Source: Hypanus sabinus
Lineage: Eukaryota
NCBI RefSeq assembly: GCF_030144855.1
Contig: NC_082728.1
Location: 32,736,001-32,800,000, forward strand
Reading direction: 5' to 3'
Length of the DNA stretch: 64,000 bases
Below are positions 12,703-25,330 of this stretch, one piece after another. The position numbers were made by a program, and so were the translations under genes. Every line of letters starts with the position of its first letter. Within the stretch, counting starts at the first letter, position 1. The notes under the pieces were generated by a model, which was not told where the DNA came from, did no database searches, and worked only from the letters and a program-made list of their open reading frames with translations.

Positions 12703-15700
12703 TGTAGTGTTCTCGCTCGGCGTGTTAAGATAACGCTGAGCTAAACACCGAGTTAAACCTTTGTCAATGATGACAGGATCCCAGTAAGATTAACCGTTTA
12801 CTGTTCACTCTTCTACATTAACGTATGGTGAAAACTGTTGATAAAACAATATAAGATTTGTACAACAGTTGTTTCCTTTTTAATATTACATTTACATCAT
12901 AAACACTTGCAAGGTAAAACAACAACAACTACATTACATTAAAGTGCAGCATACAATCAGAATCTACCTACACCATTGACTGCTTTAAATACACTTCAAT
13001 GCAAACTATCCACAACTCTTTAACTAACGAAATCATAAAGATTATCGACCGTCGTTACTTTTAACAGGATCGGCGTTACCATTTTAATTTAACATATCGA
13101 TTATCTCACAACTCACAGCGTTGCTTTCACAATGTTTCTGGTGCGTAGAGAGAAAAAGTTGCTGCTGCTGCTTGCGCTCGCTCATGTCTTGACCCCCACC
13201 TTCCCGTTTCTCCAAACCGGTATTTTCCCACAGGACGCAGCGAAACTGGATGTGACGTCATCACATGCTGCGATATCTCACAATGAATTTACTTTAAACT
13301 ATCCTAACTTTAACTAGAATGCTAACAAACGAGTTACTAAGCAAAAATATTATAAACTAAATAACTGCCATAAAGGCAACACACTCCCCACTTGACCTTC
13401 GTAAGGACACAATGAACATAATACAAAACTTTAGTCTCTAATCAGTCCTTAGGTAGAAGTAGAATGACTTCTGTAACAGGCCTTTGGTATATTTTCACAT
13501 CACCTTGGTTGGTAGTTTTCAACTCAACCTTCCTGACATGTCCATCCCTGCTAGGAAATGTAGTGAGACCAGAACTGATTTGCCAGAGCCTGGACCTGCC
13601 TCCACTGCTTTAAGTACAAATCCTTATCAGAGAAGTCTCCTGGTGGAGGGGGAGCTCCTGCCTTCTGCGTAAGGAGCATTGATGGCGAGAGTATGAAGGA
13701 GTTTTCTGGGTCAGAAGACACGGGTAGGAGTGGTCATGCATTTATAATGGCTGTGACCTCTGCCATTAGTGTGCACAGTACCTCGTGGGTCAATCGGGTG
13801 GATTACTGCATCTCAAGTTTCCTTTTCAGGGTTTTTTGCAAGGGCGTGAATCGCTTGACTGCCTGCTCTTTGTTGTTTGGCAAGCACTGACGTGGTTCTC
13901 TGAAAGGCAGTGGGGCGACCCCATTATTTGCTTCATCTCTGAAGACCTTGGTGTCTTTTGTTTTTAGGAAAATGGCATCTTGAGCAGATTGAGCAAATTT
14001 ATTATCATGCTCAGTTTGAGCGAAGACTGGCTGACCCATCGTCTTGTCAGTTACTTTGCATTTGTTAAAGCCTTGTCGTGCTTCCTTAATACACGTGACA
14101 CTTGTGCAGGGTTGAAAAATTGAATGGCGGCCACTCTCTAGCACATTGCTCTTGAGTGTGCTAACCATCGGTTTGTATACATTGCCAGGGCACACCTCTC
14201 CTTTCACCACCCAGCCTAGATCCAGGCGTTGCGCAAAGGGGGCATCATGTGGTCCATTGACCTGCTGCCTAACCTTGTGCACCCGGATAACATCTCTTCC
14301 TAATAGAAGGAGTATTTCTGCTTTTGGATCCAGTTCTGGGATGTGTTTGGCGATGTGGTGGAGATGTGGCTCGTGTAGCACCACACTTGGCTTTGGGATC
14401 TCAGTGCGGTTATTCGAAATTTCATTGCAATCTAAGAGTGGAGGGAGACAGATGACGACTTTACCATCCAGGGACTCGAGCTAGAAACCTTCTGCCTTCC
14501 TTTCATGAGCGTCCGCGTTGCCTGAGCAAGTTCTAAGGTAGTATGGGAACTGCTCACTCTCAATGTTGAACAATTTAAAGAACTCTGGACTGACTAGTGA
14601 GCGATTGCTCTGATCATCCAGAATTACATAGGCTTTGATGGTCCTGTCTTTGGCTCCTTTAGGGTACACCTTAGTGAGGTAGATCTTTGAACAAGAACGG
14701 CTTGACTGAGCTTGACCGCAAACTTCTGTACAGCTCGAGCTGACAACAGTTGTCCTGGAGTGAGCCTCTCCCTCCCCGCCTACCTGTTGTGGGGGTGAAG
14801 GCGCATTGTCAGTTTGCGGTATCGGGCTGGGATGCATGGCCCCATCGTGATTAGTGCTATCACATTCCGGACACTTCACGGCGATCGTACACTCTCTAGC
14901 AAGGTGAGAGGTAGAGGAACAGCATTTAAAACATATTCTTCTCTCCTTGAGAAGGGCCATCCTCTCTTCAAGGGGTTTTTCCCTAAATGTTCTGCATTTT
15001 CTGAGGGGGTGGGGTTTTTTATGCAATGGGCAATTCTTGCTAGGGTCATGGTTAGTTGTAAAGACTCCAGTCTTAAGCACTGAGATGGGTTTATCAATGT
15101 CGAAATTATTCAAAGAGGATTTATCTGGCTTGGTGTAAACTGTACTGCTTCCTTGACTCATGAGGCTAGGGTCGTTTCACTTCTTCGCCTCCCTGCACAC
15201 AAACCTAGTGAAATACTCGAAGGGAGGAAATTGACCATTGTGGTCTTCTTTGTACTCTGAGGCAACAGACACCCACTTGTCCTGCAGCCCAAATGGGTTT
15301 GTCCACGATTTGCCTAATCCCGGATGGAGTTTCTAGGTATACTAGACCAGTTGAGTAGCCATCTTCTTTGGCGCCTTGAATCTCCATGAGTAAATCTCCG
15401 AGCTCCCTTAACTTAATGTGATCTTTGGCTGACACCTTAGGAAAGTTTTCCAGATGTCAGTATAGCGCCCCTTCAATAATTTTGGGGGCCGCATAGCCCT
15501 CCCGAAGTCTCTCCCATGCTTTGCTTAAGGCTAGCTCGGGTTTGTTGATGTACACTGAACATATGCGTCTCACCTGTTCACATGATTCTTTTCCCAGCCA
15601 TTTCGCCATAAGATCCAACTCTTGGGTTGCTCTGAGCTGGATTCCGTCAATAGCATTGGTGAATGTGGAGTACCATGCACGGTAATTTTCAGGTTTGTCG

Positions 15701-17138
15701 ACGAACTGGTACAGTCCTGAAGTGACGAGATCTCGTCGTGCTAAATACTGTGCCAGGGGTTCAATTGCAGGTGGCATGCGGACTGGGGAAGTATGTCGGT
15801 GGGTATATGACTGAGGGTGTACCTCTGTTATGGAATTTACTGTTCTGAATTCAGCCTTTGCCTCTCTTCTCGCCAAATCTTGTAAGTTTGGTGTCGAGAA
15901 GTATTTGTCATCAGCCCTTTCATTCTTGACTTCATCGCACAGTTGCAAGGGTAGATTGTCTTCCTCGGATGGATGTGATGCAATTGGGTCTCTCTGAGAC
16001 TCCTCATGACGTGGGGCATTATCAAATAAGTATGGAGTGGAAGAACGAATCTTCCAGTCTGTTTGAGATTGGTCATAGTCGCTTGTGCGTTCCAATCTGG
16101 TCTTTTCTGAAGTAGATTTTACGTCAACCAGATCTTGCATTTCTTCAGCATCTTCTATGATCTCTGCTTCCACCCTGACAGCTTCTTCTTCTCGTGCCAG
16201 TGTCAGCATTTCTAACTCTGACGCTACCCTTGCCCTTTCCAACTGGTTTTCGGCTTCTCTGGCAGCCGCTTCCATTTTCAATTCTGTTTCTTGTTTGGCA
16301 TAGCGCAGTCGCACCCTGGCAGCTTCTGCCTTAGCTCTTGCATGGGCGGCCTTACTTGATGACGTCCTGCTGCCCCCCTCGCTGGGTGACAACGACTTGA
16401 CGCTGGATCGAGATGTCATTGCAGCACTTGAAACACCTGATAATGCCGCTTTTTCACTGTAGTGTTCTCGCTTGGCGTGTTAAGATAACGCTGAGCTAAA
16501 CATCGAGTTAAACCTTTGTCAATGACGACAGGATCCCAGTAAGATTAACCGTTTACTGTTCACTCTTCCACATTAACGTATGGTGAAAACTGTTTATAAA
16601 ACAATACAAGATTTGTACAACAGTTGTTTCCTTCTTAATATTACATTTACATCATAAATATTTGCAAGGTAAAACTACAACAACTACATTACATTAAAGT
16701 GCAGCATACAATCAGAATCTACCTATGCCATTGACTGCTTTAAATACACTTCAACGCAAACCATCCGCAACTCTTTAACTAACGAAAACATAAACATTAT
16801 CGACCGTCGTTACTTTTACCAGGATCGGCGTTAACATTTTAATTCAACATATCGATCATCTCATAACTCACAGCGTTGCTTTCACAATATTTCTGGTGCG
16901 TAGAGAGAAAACGTTGCTGCTGCTGCTTGCGCTCGCACATGTCTTGACCCCCACCTTCCCGTTTCTCCAAACCGGTATTTTCCCACAGGACGCGGCGAAA
17001 CCGGATGTGACATCATCGCATGCCACGATATCTCACAATGAATTTACTTTAAACAATCCTAACTTTAACTAGAATGCTAACAAACGAGTTACTAAGTGAA
17101 AATATTATAAACTAAATAACTGCCATAAAGGCAACCCA
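12703..17138 (-). mobile_element. BEL/Pao LTR retrotransposon, internally deleted (gag-protease plus integrase C-terminus), two LTRs, 5-bp TSD
   Basis: LTRs 12703-13381 and 16458-17138 (~680 bp; about 34 substitutions by manual count, ~95% identical). TSD ATTGT at 12698-12702 and 17139-17143. Gag 16419..15457; Cys/His knuckles (CFKCCSSTSHLAREC, CPECDSTNH); protease-like VILDDQSNRSLV; integrase C-terminal LTHEVLCTLMAEVTAIINARPL..QWRQVQALANQFW. Confidence 0.95.
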
Positions 17139-17419
17139 ATTGTTATTACATGCTTGCTATTGATTGCTATTTATTTACAGCTGCATTTACACAGTTTGTT
17201 TACAGTTAACAGTTCCTGATATTTTTACAGTTCACAATTACTGTTCTACAGACTTGCTAAGTATACCCACTGAAAAAGAATCTCAGGGTTGTATGTGGTG
17301 GCATGGATGTACTCTGATAATTTTTTACTTTAAATTTTGAATTTTATATGTCTCCACATACAATCCTGAGACTCATTTTTCTGCAGGCACAGTAAACAAA
17401 TCTATAGACCAGTAACTAT

Positions 17420-18005
17420 AAACATATGTTGGGCTTTTCTGATTGCATAGAGCCAGCATTCTCCATCCTGAGTTCTTCTTCTCCACCTTCAGTGGGGATG
17501 TTCCATTTCTTTGAGCTCATCCCTGAATAATATTCTCTCTCCATTTGGATACTCATTCCACTGAGTTAATTTATCATGAAGTGGGTCTGTTTCAAGAGAT
17601 TATTGTTGGGCAATTAAGCTACTCGGCCAGGTGTGTAACCAGTGTCTTAATAGGAGTCATGTTTCCCTGGGGCAGGATTTTGACACTGTTTCATTTATCC
17701 TTCCAATAAATTTGAAGTATTTGTGGAGACGGGACTAGTAGTATCTTTCTAGTAATCTAAAGTGCCTGCTATATGGAGTCCATATTCATAAACATAAAGG
17801 AAGGTTGGATTACTGTTACCAATAGATCTTCAATTGTTTTGCCAGGTTTGAGGTCTTGCTCTACAGATATTCTGTTCCTCACAAGACCAAAGTTTTTGCT
17901 GGTGAAAAGGTGAAATTCATCCCTGATGTCTTCTTAGAGATAGTTCAGCTGCTACAGATGTACCATTGAGAACAATTTAACTGGTTGCCTCACTGTCTGG
18001 TATGT
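17420..18005 (-). mobile_element. Decayed L1/Tx1-like ORF2 C-terminal fragment
   Basis: Manual translation of the minus strand gives only weak L1-like remnants with many stops. Confidence 0.4.
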
Positions 18006-18067
18006 AGGTGTCAATGTACGGGATTGAAATAAACTGCAGAGGGTTGCAAACTCTGCCAGCCCTATCA

Positions 18068-19660
18068 TATAACCATGTAACAATTACAGCACGGAAACAG
18101 GCCATCTCAGCCTTTCTAGTCTGCGCCGAATGCTTACTCTCACCTAGTCCGACTGACCTGCACTCAACCCTTAACCCTCCATTCCTTTCCTGTCCATATA
18201 CCTATCCAATTTCACCTTATATGACAATATCGAACCTTCCTCTATCACTTCTACTGGAAGCTCGTTCCACACAGCTACCACTCTCTGAGTAAACAAATTC
18301 CCCCTTGTGTTACCCTTAAACTTTTGCCCCCTAACTCTCAAATCATGTCCTTTTGTTTGAATCTGCCCTACTCTCAATGGAAACTGCCTATCCACGTCAA
18401 CTCTATCTATCCCCCTCATAATTTTAAATACCTCTATCAAGTCCCCCCTCAAACTTCTATGCTCCAAAGAATGAAGACCTAACTTGATCAACCTTTCTCT
18501 GTAACTTAGGTGCTGAAACCCAGGTAACATTCCAGTAAATCTCCTCTGTACGCTCTCTATTTTGTTGACATCTTTTCTATAATTTGGCGACCAGAACTGT
18601 ACACAGTACTCCAAATTTGGCCTCACCAATGTCTTGTACAATTTCAACATTATATCCCAACTCTTATACTCAATGCTCTGATTTATAAAGGCCAGCATAC
18701 CAAAAGCTTTCTTCACCACCCTATCCACATGAGATTCCACCTTCAGGGAACTATGCACCATTATTCCCAGATCACTCTGTTGTACTGCATTCTTCAATGC
18801 CCTACCATTTACCATGTATGTCCTATTTTGATTAGTCATACCAAAATATAGCACCTAACACTTATCAGCATTAAACTCCATCTGCCATCTTTCAGCCCAC
18901 TCTTCTAACTGGCCTAAATCTTTCTGCAAGCTTTGAAAACCTACTTCATTATCCACAATGCCACCTATCTTAGTATCATCTGCATACCTACTAATCCAAT
19001 TTGAACTCCATGTCCCATTCCCATTCTGGTATGTCTATCCATGGCCTCCTCTATTGTCAAAATGAATCCAAACTCAGGTTGGAGGAACAGCACCTTATAT
19101 GCCAGCTGGGTAGCCTCCAACCTGATGGCATGAACATTGACTTCTCTAACTTCTGTTAATGTCCCTCCTCCCCTTCTTACCCCATCCCTGACATATTTAG
19201 TTGTTTGCCTGTTCTCCATTTCCCTCTGGTGTTCCCCCCTCCTCCTTTCTTTCTGCTGAGGCCTCCTGTCCCATGATCCTTTCCCTTCTCCAACTGTGTG
19301 TCACTTTTGCCAATCATCTTTCCAGCTCTTAGCTTCATCCCACCCCCTCCGGTCTTCTCCTATCATTTCGCACTCCTCCCACTACTTTCAAATCTCTTAC
19401 TATCTTTCCTTTCAGTTCTCCCTTTAGATGCTGCCTGGCCTGCTGTGTTCCACCAGCATTTTGTGTGTGTTGTTTGAATTTCCAGCATCTGCAGATTTCC
19501 TCGTGTTTACAGTTATCCACCACTACTTTCTGGCATCTCCCATCCAGCCACTGTTGAGTCCATTTTACTACTTCAATATTAATACCTAACGATTGAACCT
19601 TCCTAATTAACCTTCCATGCGGATCCTTGTCAAAGGTCTTACTGAAGTCCTTTACTAGCC
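18068..19660 (-). mobile_element. CR1 LINE 3' fragment interrupted by a PLE insertion at 19003-19508
   Basis: ORF 18171..18854 (LVRPNLEYCVQFWSP..RGDLIEVFKIM). The RT frame resumes at 19509 (KDFSKTFDKDPHGRLI). Confidence 0.9.
19003..19508 (+). mobile_element. Penelope-like element 3' end (GIY-YIG endonuclease C-terminus and 3' UTR)
   Basis: 19001-19159 translates LNSMSHSHSGMSIHGLLYCQNESKLRLEEQHLICQLGSLQPDGMNIDFSNFC*, matching the PLE GIY-YIG C-terminal E..I..LG.L.P.G.N pattern. A pyrimidine-rich UTR and the shared terminus ...ccagcatctgcagatttcctcgtgttt follow. Confidence 0.85.
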
Positions 19661-20974
19661 AACCAGCATCGAGGAAACCTTCAATTGGCAATGCCTCAAA
19701 AAGGCACTATACATCATTAAGGACCCCCACTATCCAGGACATACCCTCTTCTCCATGCTTGAGGAACAGCTTCTTCCCCTCCACCATCAGATTTCTGAAC
19801 AGTCCATGAACCCATGAACACTACTTCACCACTTTGTTCTCTTTTTGCACTGCTTAGTATTGTAACATATTCATTTTTTATGTTTTGCACTGTACTGCTG
19901 CTGCAAAATAAAAAAGTTTTACAGCACTTGCCAGGGGTATTGAATCTGATTCTGATTCCGAACTAAGAAGTCCTGAGAAGGCACATTTTCACCACGTCTT
20001 GCCATGAGCCTAACAATAGATTGCAATACCGTGCATTTGTAAAGACCACCTTGTATCTTTCAGTGAATGAGGCAACGACGGACTGGAGTCTGGATTTAAA
20101 GATGTACAAACCCATACTGCGGTTTACACACCAAGGTGGGGATGAACTTTGTTCTAGAGTAAAATCACATCAATTAAATAATTTTCTGTTAGTGCTGATG
20201 ATTAGCTGTACTTCTGGATGCAAGAGGCAGCATCACAGTGAAATGACTGACAAATATTAAGACAAACAGCCTAACTTTATTTGACACTAGTCTTTACTGA
20301 GTCTGATTCGTTGCTAAGGTAATGGCTGCTGAGCCATCATAATGCAAAAATTGTTTGAGTGGATAGCCAGAGGCTTTTTCCCCGGGGCTGTAAAAGCTAA
20401 CACGAGGGGCATAGTTTTAAGGTGCTTGGAAGTAGGTACAGGTGGGGATGTCAGAGGTAAGTTTTTCACATGGAGAGTGGTAGGACTGGGGAATGCACTG
20501 CCAGTGACGGTGCTAGAGACAGATACAAGACAGCTTTTAAGAGAATTTTAAATAGATATACGGAACTTAGCAAAACACAGAGCTATGCAGTAGGGAAATT
20601 CCAGGCAGTTTCGAGAGATTGTGAGCCGAAGGACCTGTAATTTGCTGTAGATTTTCTATGTTCTAAGTTCCAATAGAGATGAATTTCTGTGGACAGCCAA
20701 ATTTGAGTAAAATCTTCAGCAGTCCTTCCGTGATTGTACATTTAAAAACTTTGGGGAGGTCAGTACCATTTCTTGTATTTCTCCAGGACTGTTACATGGT
20801 GAAGGTCATGTTGCCTCTCATTACATGACTCCATGCGGCTCATTAGTCATTGGGAGGACATAGATGAGGATATAGTCCATATCACTGACAGCTAGATGAC
20901 ACTGATTGAGTTATCAAAGTCAGATCTATCTTATTTGTTAAGGTGATCATGATGACAACATGTCTGTGGTTCCC

Positions 20975-22262
20975 TGTTATGTCCACGCAACCCTATAAAG
21001 GTATCAGCAACAACAGAACACACCTGGAGTCTGGTTTTGCTGTTAACAAGATACTATTTTATTAGTAACTACATATATAGTAACTTAAACCAGATGAACC
21101 GAGGGTTAACGGTGTTATGCATATACATGTGTAAGTATATAAATCCCCAAACTTCTTCATGCTTAGGTGGTAAGTGATACAGTCTTACAATGGTATGTAA
21201 GAAAGTTCTGTTCAGTTCTCAGGTTAACTAATGCGAGACATTTGTAATCCAAAGGCGAATGTTGTGAGAAAGCAGTTATGTCGATATTCCACGGGTTCCT
21301 CAGCAGCAATACAAAATAACATTGGCAGCAGGTTTTATCTCTGAAGTTGTTCCACTCCACACACGAAGTATCACCGACAGTGATCTTCAATGAATATCCT
21401 TTCAACACGAGTGGTACCACACCCGAATTCAGCTATGGGACATCCCAAAGTGGTGGCCACAGGATACTCAAACAGAGTCCAAGTAGAGATTATCACCAAG
21501 AGTAGCTTATCACAACGAGGACCATCTTCAAGGGAACCACCACCCAGGCAAGGGTCAACACACTGGTAGATTCCACAATGTTACCCCAATCACACACAAC
21601 ATGATTGCCACTTATCCAGTTCCTCAATATATGAAATAACTCCAACAGTCACTTGCCACAGGGGTGCATTTCTTCAGTGAACTACCACACCCAGACAAGG
21701 GGTAAACACACACGTGGTATTCACAAAGGTTTGCCCTCACCAGACAACCCAGTCCTGTGGATTAACTCTGTGACAAATACACTTTCGTAGCCGAATGAAA
21801 ACAAACTCACCCTCACAGGCTACTTGGAGAGAGAGTCCAAACAGTGATCTCTTTGTCACTAAGTATCTTCTGTTTCAAACATTCCTCTCCTCTCCTGTCT
21901 CTGCAAACTTGTTCTAGTTGCAGCACTTGTGAGAGTCATTTATCGATACTCTGGATCGATCTCAACTCACCCCTTTTGGGCTACTGAAAGTTTAAACCAG
22001 CGACTGACTCTCTGGTGTCTTCCATTGACCAAGTACATCTTGACCCTGAGCATGTGTGTGTGTCACTGAGTCCTTGTAAAAAGTAAACAAGCTGCAGAGA
22101 AACCATAACATTGTCCATCAATTAAGTCCATCTCTCTCCACCATAGTAACCAAGCAACTCTGCAGTCAGCAGAAATTCTTCAGTGTCCAAAAGTCAGACT
22201 CATTCTCTCAGCATTTTAAAGTGATAGTCCACAGAAAAAATGAACTCTAGGGGTACATAACA
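20975..22262. mobile_element. Solo LTR (1288 bp) with 5-bp TSD
   Basis: Ends TGTTATGT...ACATAACA (perfect 8-bp inverted termini). TTCCC at 20970-20974 and 22263-22267. Degenerate internal repeats (cacacc/accaca cccag.caaggg..aacac). Confidence 0.88.
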
Positions 22263-22284
22263 TTCCCTGATATATCACCCTCTT

Positions 22285-25200
22285 TGTTGACATGGACAGT
22301 GAGGTTGTTGTTTTACAAGTGAAGCTCTTTATCACCAAGCTTCAGAACTCTAGGAGAATAATTGAAATTAAGGAGGAATATCAGGATGACCCATTAAAAT
22401 GTATAACCAATCAAAGTTCAGAAAAAGCAAACAAAACCAGAACATTGGAAGAACACAAAGCAGCATCTTTGGAGCAAGTGTTTTATAGCTTCAGAAACTA
22501 ATCGAAAGGAAACATGTCTAACTAATTTTTCCTTGAATATGTCTCTCATATGATGTGGTAGTGTAATGATGAATGTCATTCACGTACTTCTTCCTTATAA
22601 CCCCTTACAAAATATGTAAACAAAGAATGCTTAATAAGACAATATATTTAAATAATTGCTCAAATTTTGCCAAAATTATAAATACACTGCACTCCTCCCT
22701 GCTAAGCTATAAAATTCAATTCAATATGGAATGCATCTTCACTCAAATATTTAACATATTGCTCTCCAGACATCTATATACAGTATATGGTATACTATTT
22801 AATACACGCTACTATATTGTTATCCACAGTATATAAATTTTAAGTAGTAGTATATAAATTTTAAGGTCTAAAGATGTTTCCCATTTTCACCCTTATGGGA
22901 TGGGGGAGGGGTGTTACTTTTCGTAGTTGGAGTGACTGAGGAACAGTCTCAGTTCGCGAGGCCTAATCTGTGGTGATTGCGGGAGTTGACTCTGCATCTG
23001 CAGGAAGTGGTTCCGACAGCTCTGAACTCCTTTCTTCTCTAACAATTGACTCTGCTCTCCTCAACTGGTTGATGTGCCATCTCCAAACAACATCAGATGC
23101 AGTATCCACTGTGTAGGAGAGTGGTCTGGATCTGTTCTTAATCTTTCCAACTACCCAATTGGATCCCTGTAGTTCCCTGCAGGACCTATTGTCAAGCAGT
23201 GAAACATCTAACCTCCTCGTTTGAGGAGCCCTCAATTTGTCTCAACCGTTTGACCTGTATTCTCTTTCTGATATTGGGTTTGAGGAGACCCGTGCATGAG
23301 GTTAAGTGTCAACCCAGGAACAGCACAGTTGGTGAGTTGTTGCTTGTGGAGTGTGCTGCATTGCGATATCCAAGGAGGAGACTGGTGAGCTTCTGATTCA
23401 GTGTCAGTGTGATATATTCTGCAGACATTGTTCACAGTCTGTCCTCTTGACTCCGCACAACCCTTTCTACCAAGTAGTTTGTAGTGTAGATGTAATATGC
23501 TTTATTCCCTTCATTTTCAGGAATGACTGGAAATGTTCCACAACAAACTGTGGTCCATCATCACCGACTAAGTGGTCTGGGACACCAGTCCTCGAGAAGA
23601 GGCTTTTCAGCACATCAACAGTGTGTGGGGCTATAGTGGAGGCTATTGGGAACACTTCTGGCCACTTTGAAGATGCATCCACTACTGCCAAGAAATTTGT
23701 GACCACCTAGCAAAATCCACATGAATCTTCTGCTGGGGCATTGTAGGCCATTCCAAGGGATGGAGAGGCACTGCTCTTGGCATCTTCTAGATGTGTTGGT
23801 ATCCTGAACAGCGAATGGCAAGCTGCTCAATCTGCTGATCAATCCCAGGCCACCAGACAAATCTTCAAGCCAACACCTTCAATCTACCCATACCTAGATG
23901 ACTGGCATGTAGCTCCTCCAACACTTTAGCTCTCAGCTTGGATGGTACAACAAACTCTCAATCCCCACATAAGGAAAACCCCGTCAAAGGCAAGTTCATT
24001 CTGGCACTGATAAAAATGGGATAATGGAAATTCTGCTCACATTCCAGCCATTTTGAGTGGCCAAATAGACCTTAGACAGTGTGGAGTCCTGTTTGGTTTC
24101 CCTTTGGGTCATCTCTGCCATAATAGGGAAACATAATTTGCATTATTGAGAATGCATCAAGAGGAGTGTCCTCTTCTGTAAATTTTTTCAGGTATTTCCT
24201 TTGCCGAGTGCAAATGGGAAAATCCATCAGCAGTTCCATGATTAGTTGTCCTCTTGAATTTGATCTCGTCATCCTGTCCTCCAAGAAACAGAGCCTATCT
24301 CTGTGCTGGTGCTGCTGTTAGTGCAACACCTTTCTGAGGATTGAAAATGAACACTAGTGAATGGTGATCAGTAATGAGTATAAACACTGTCCCAAACAAG
24401 TTCTGGTTGAAATCTTTTACACTCCAAACCAGACTCAAGGCCTCTCTGTCAATCTGTCCATAACTTTTTTCCTACAGTGGTAAGGGAATATGATGCAAAG
24501 GCTGTGGGGCATTCATTTCCATCACTCATAACATGTGATGCGACTGTACCTATACCATAAGGCATGGTCTTGCAGGCAAACTTAACTGGACAATGTGAAT
24601 CATAATGTGTGAGTACAGTGTCTGACGTCACCATTTCCTTTGCCTTTTGGAAGGCCACCTCATGCTGCTTTATCCATTGTTATTTGTGCCTGATCTGTAG
24701 GAAGGAGTGGAGCACAGTAGCCAGGCTTGGCAGGAACCTGTTACAGTAATAGATACATCCTAAAAAGCACTGTACCTACAGAACATCCTAGGCCTTGGGA
24801 AACCCACCACTGAGTGAATTTTCTCAGGACAATTGTGTAATTCTTGTGGTCAGTGGTGTGAGAACTGTAAGTGATGCTTGGTTTAAATAATTTATACTTG
24901 TTCCATTGTGCCCTGAGGCCATAAGCTTCTACTCTTTATAACACCGTTGTGAGATTTTGGCAATGTACCTTGTCAGTAACAATGATGTCATCCAGGTAAC
25001 ATTGAGTGCCTGGGCAGCCTGGTCCAGAGCTTTCTGCTGGAGTGCATGTGCAGATCCTCTCCAAAATTAAGTTTATTATAGAGATAAAGCCCTGTGTGAG
25101 TGTTCCTGGTAAGAAACATGTTGGACTCCTCTTTCATCTTCATCTGTAGGTAGGCTTCAGCTAGGTCCTATTTGTTGACATGTTTCCCTCCAGAATTGTT

Positions 25201-25330
25201 TGATAAGATATCCTGTATCCTAGGCAAAGTGTATTGAACTACTTTCAGTACTGGGTTAATGGTGACCTCAGAATCACCACAGACCCTGATGGACCCATTC
25301 TTCTTGGCTACTGAGACCACTGCCCATCTG
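22285..25330 (-). mobile_element. Gypsy LTR retrotransposon 3' half (RT, RNase H, integrase, PPT, 3' LTR 22285-22691)
   Basis: Integrase VVDASSKWPEVF..GVPDHLVGDDGPQF; RNase H AFQKAKEMVTSDTVLTHYD..PYGIG. PPT agcagggaggag (rc 22692-22703) abuts a TG...CA segment. Confidence 0.85.
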
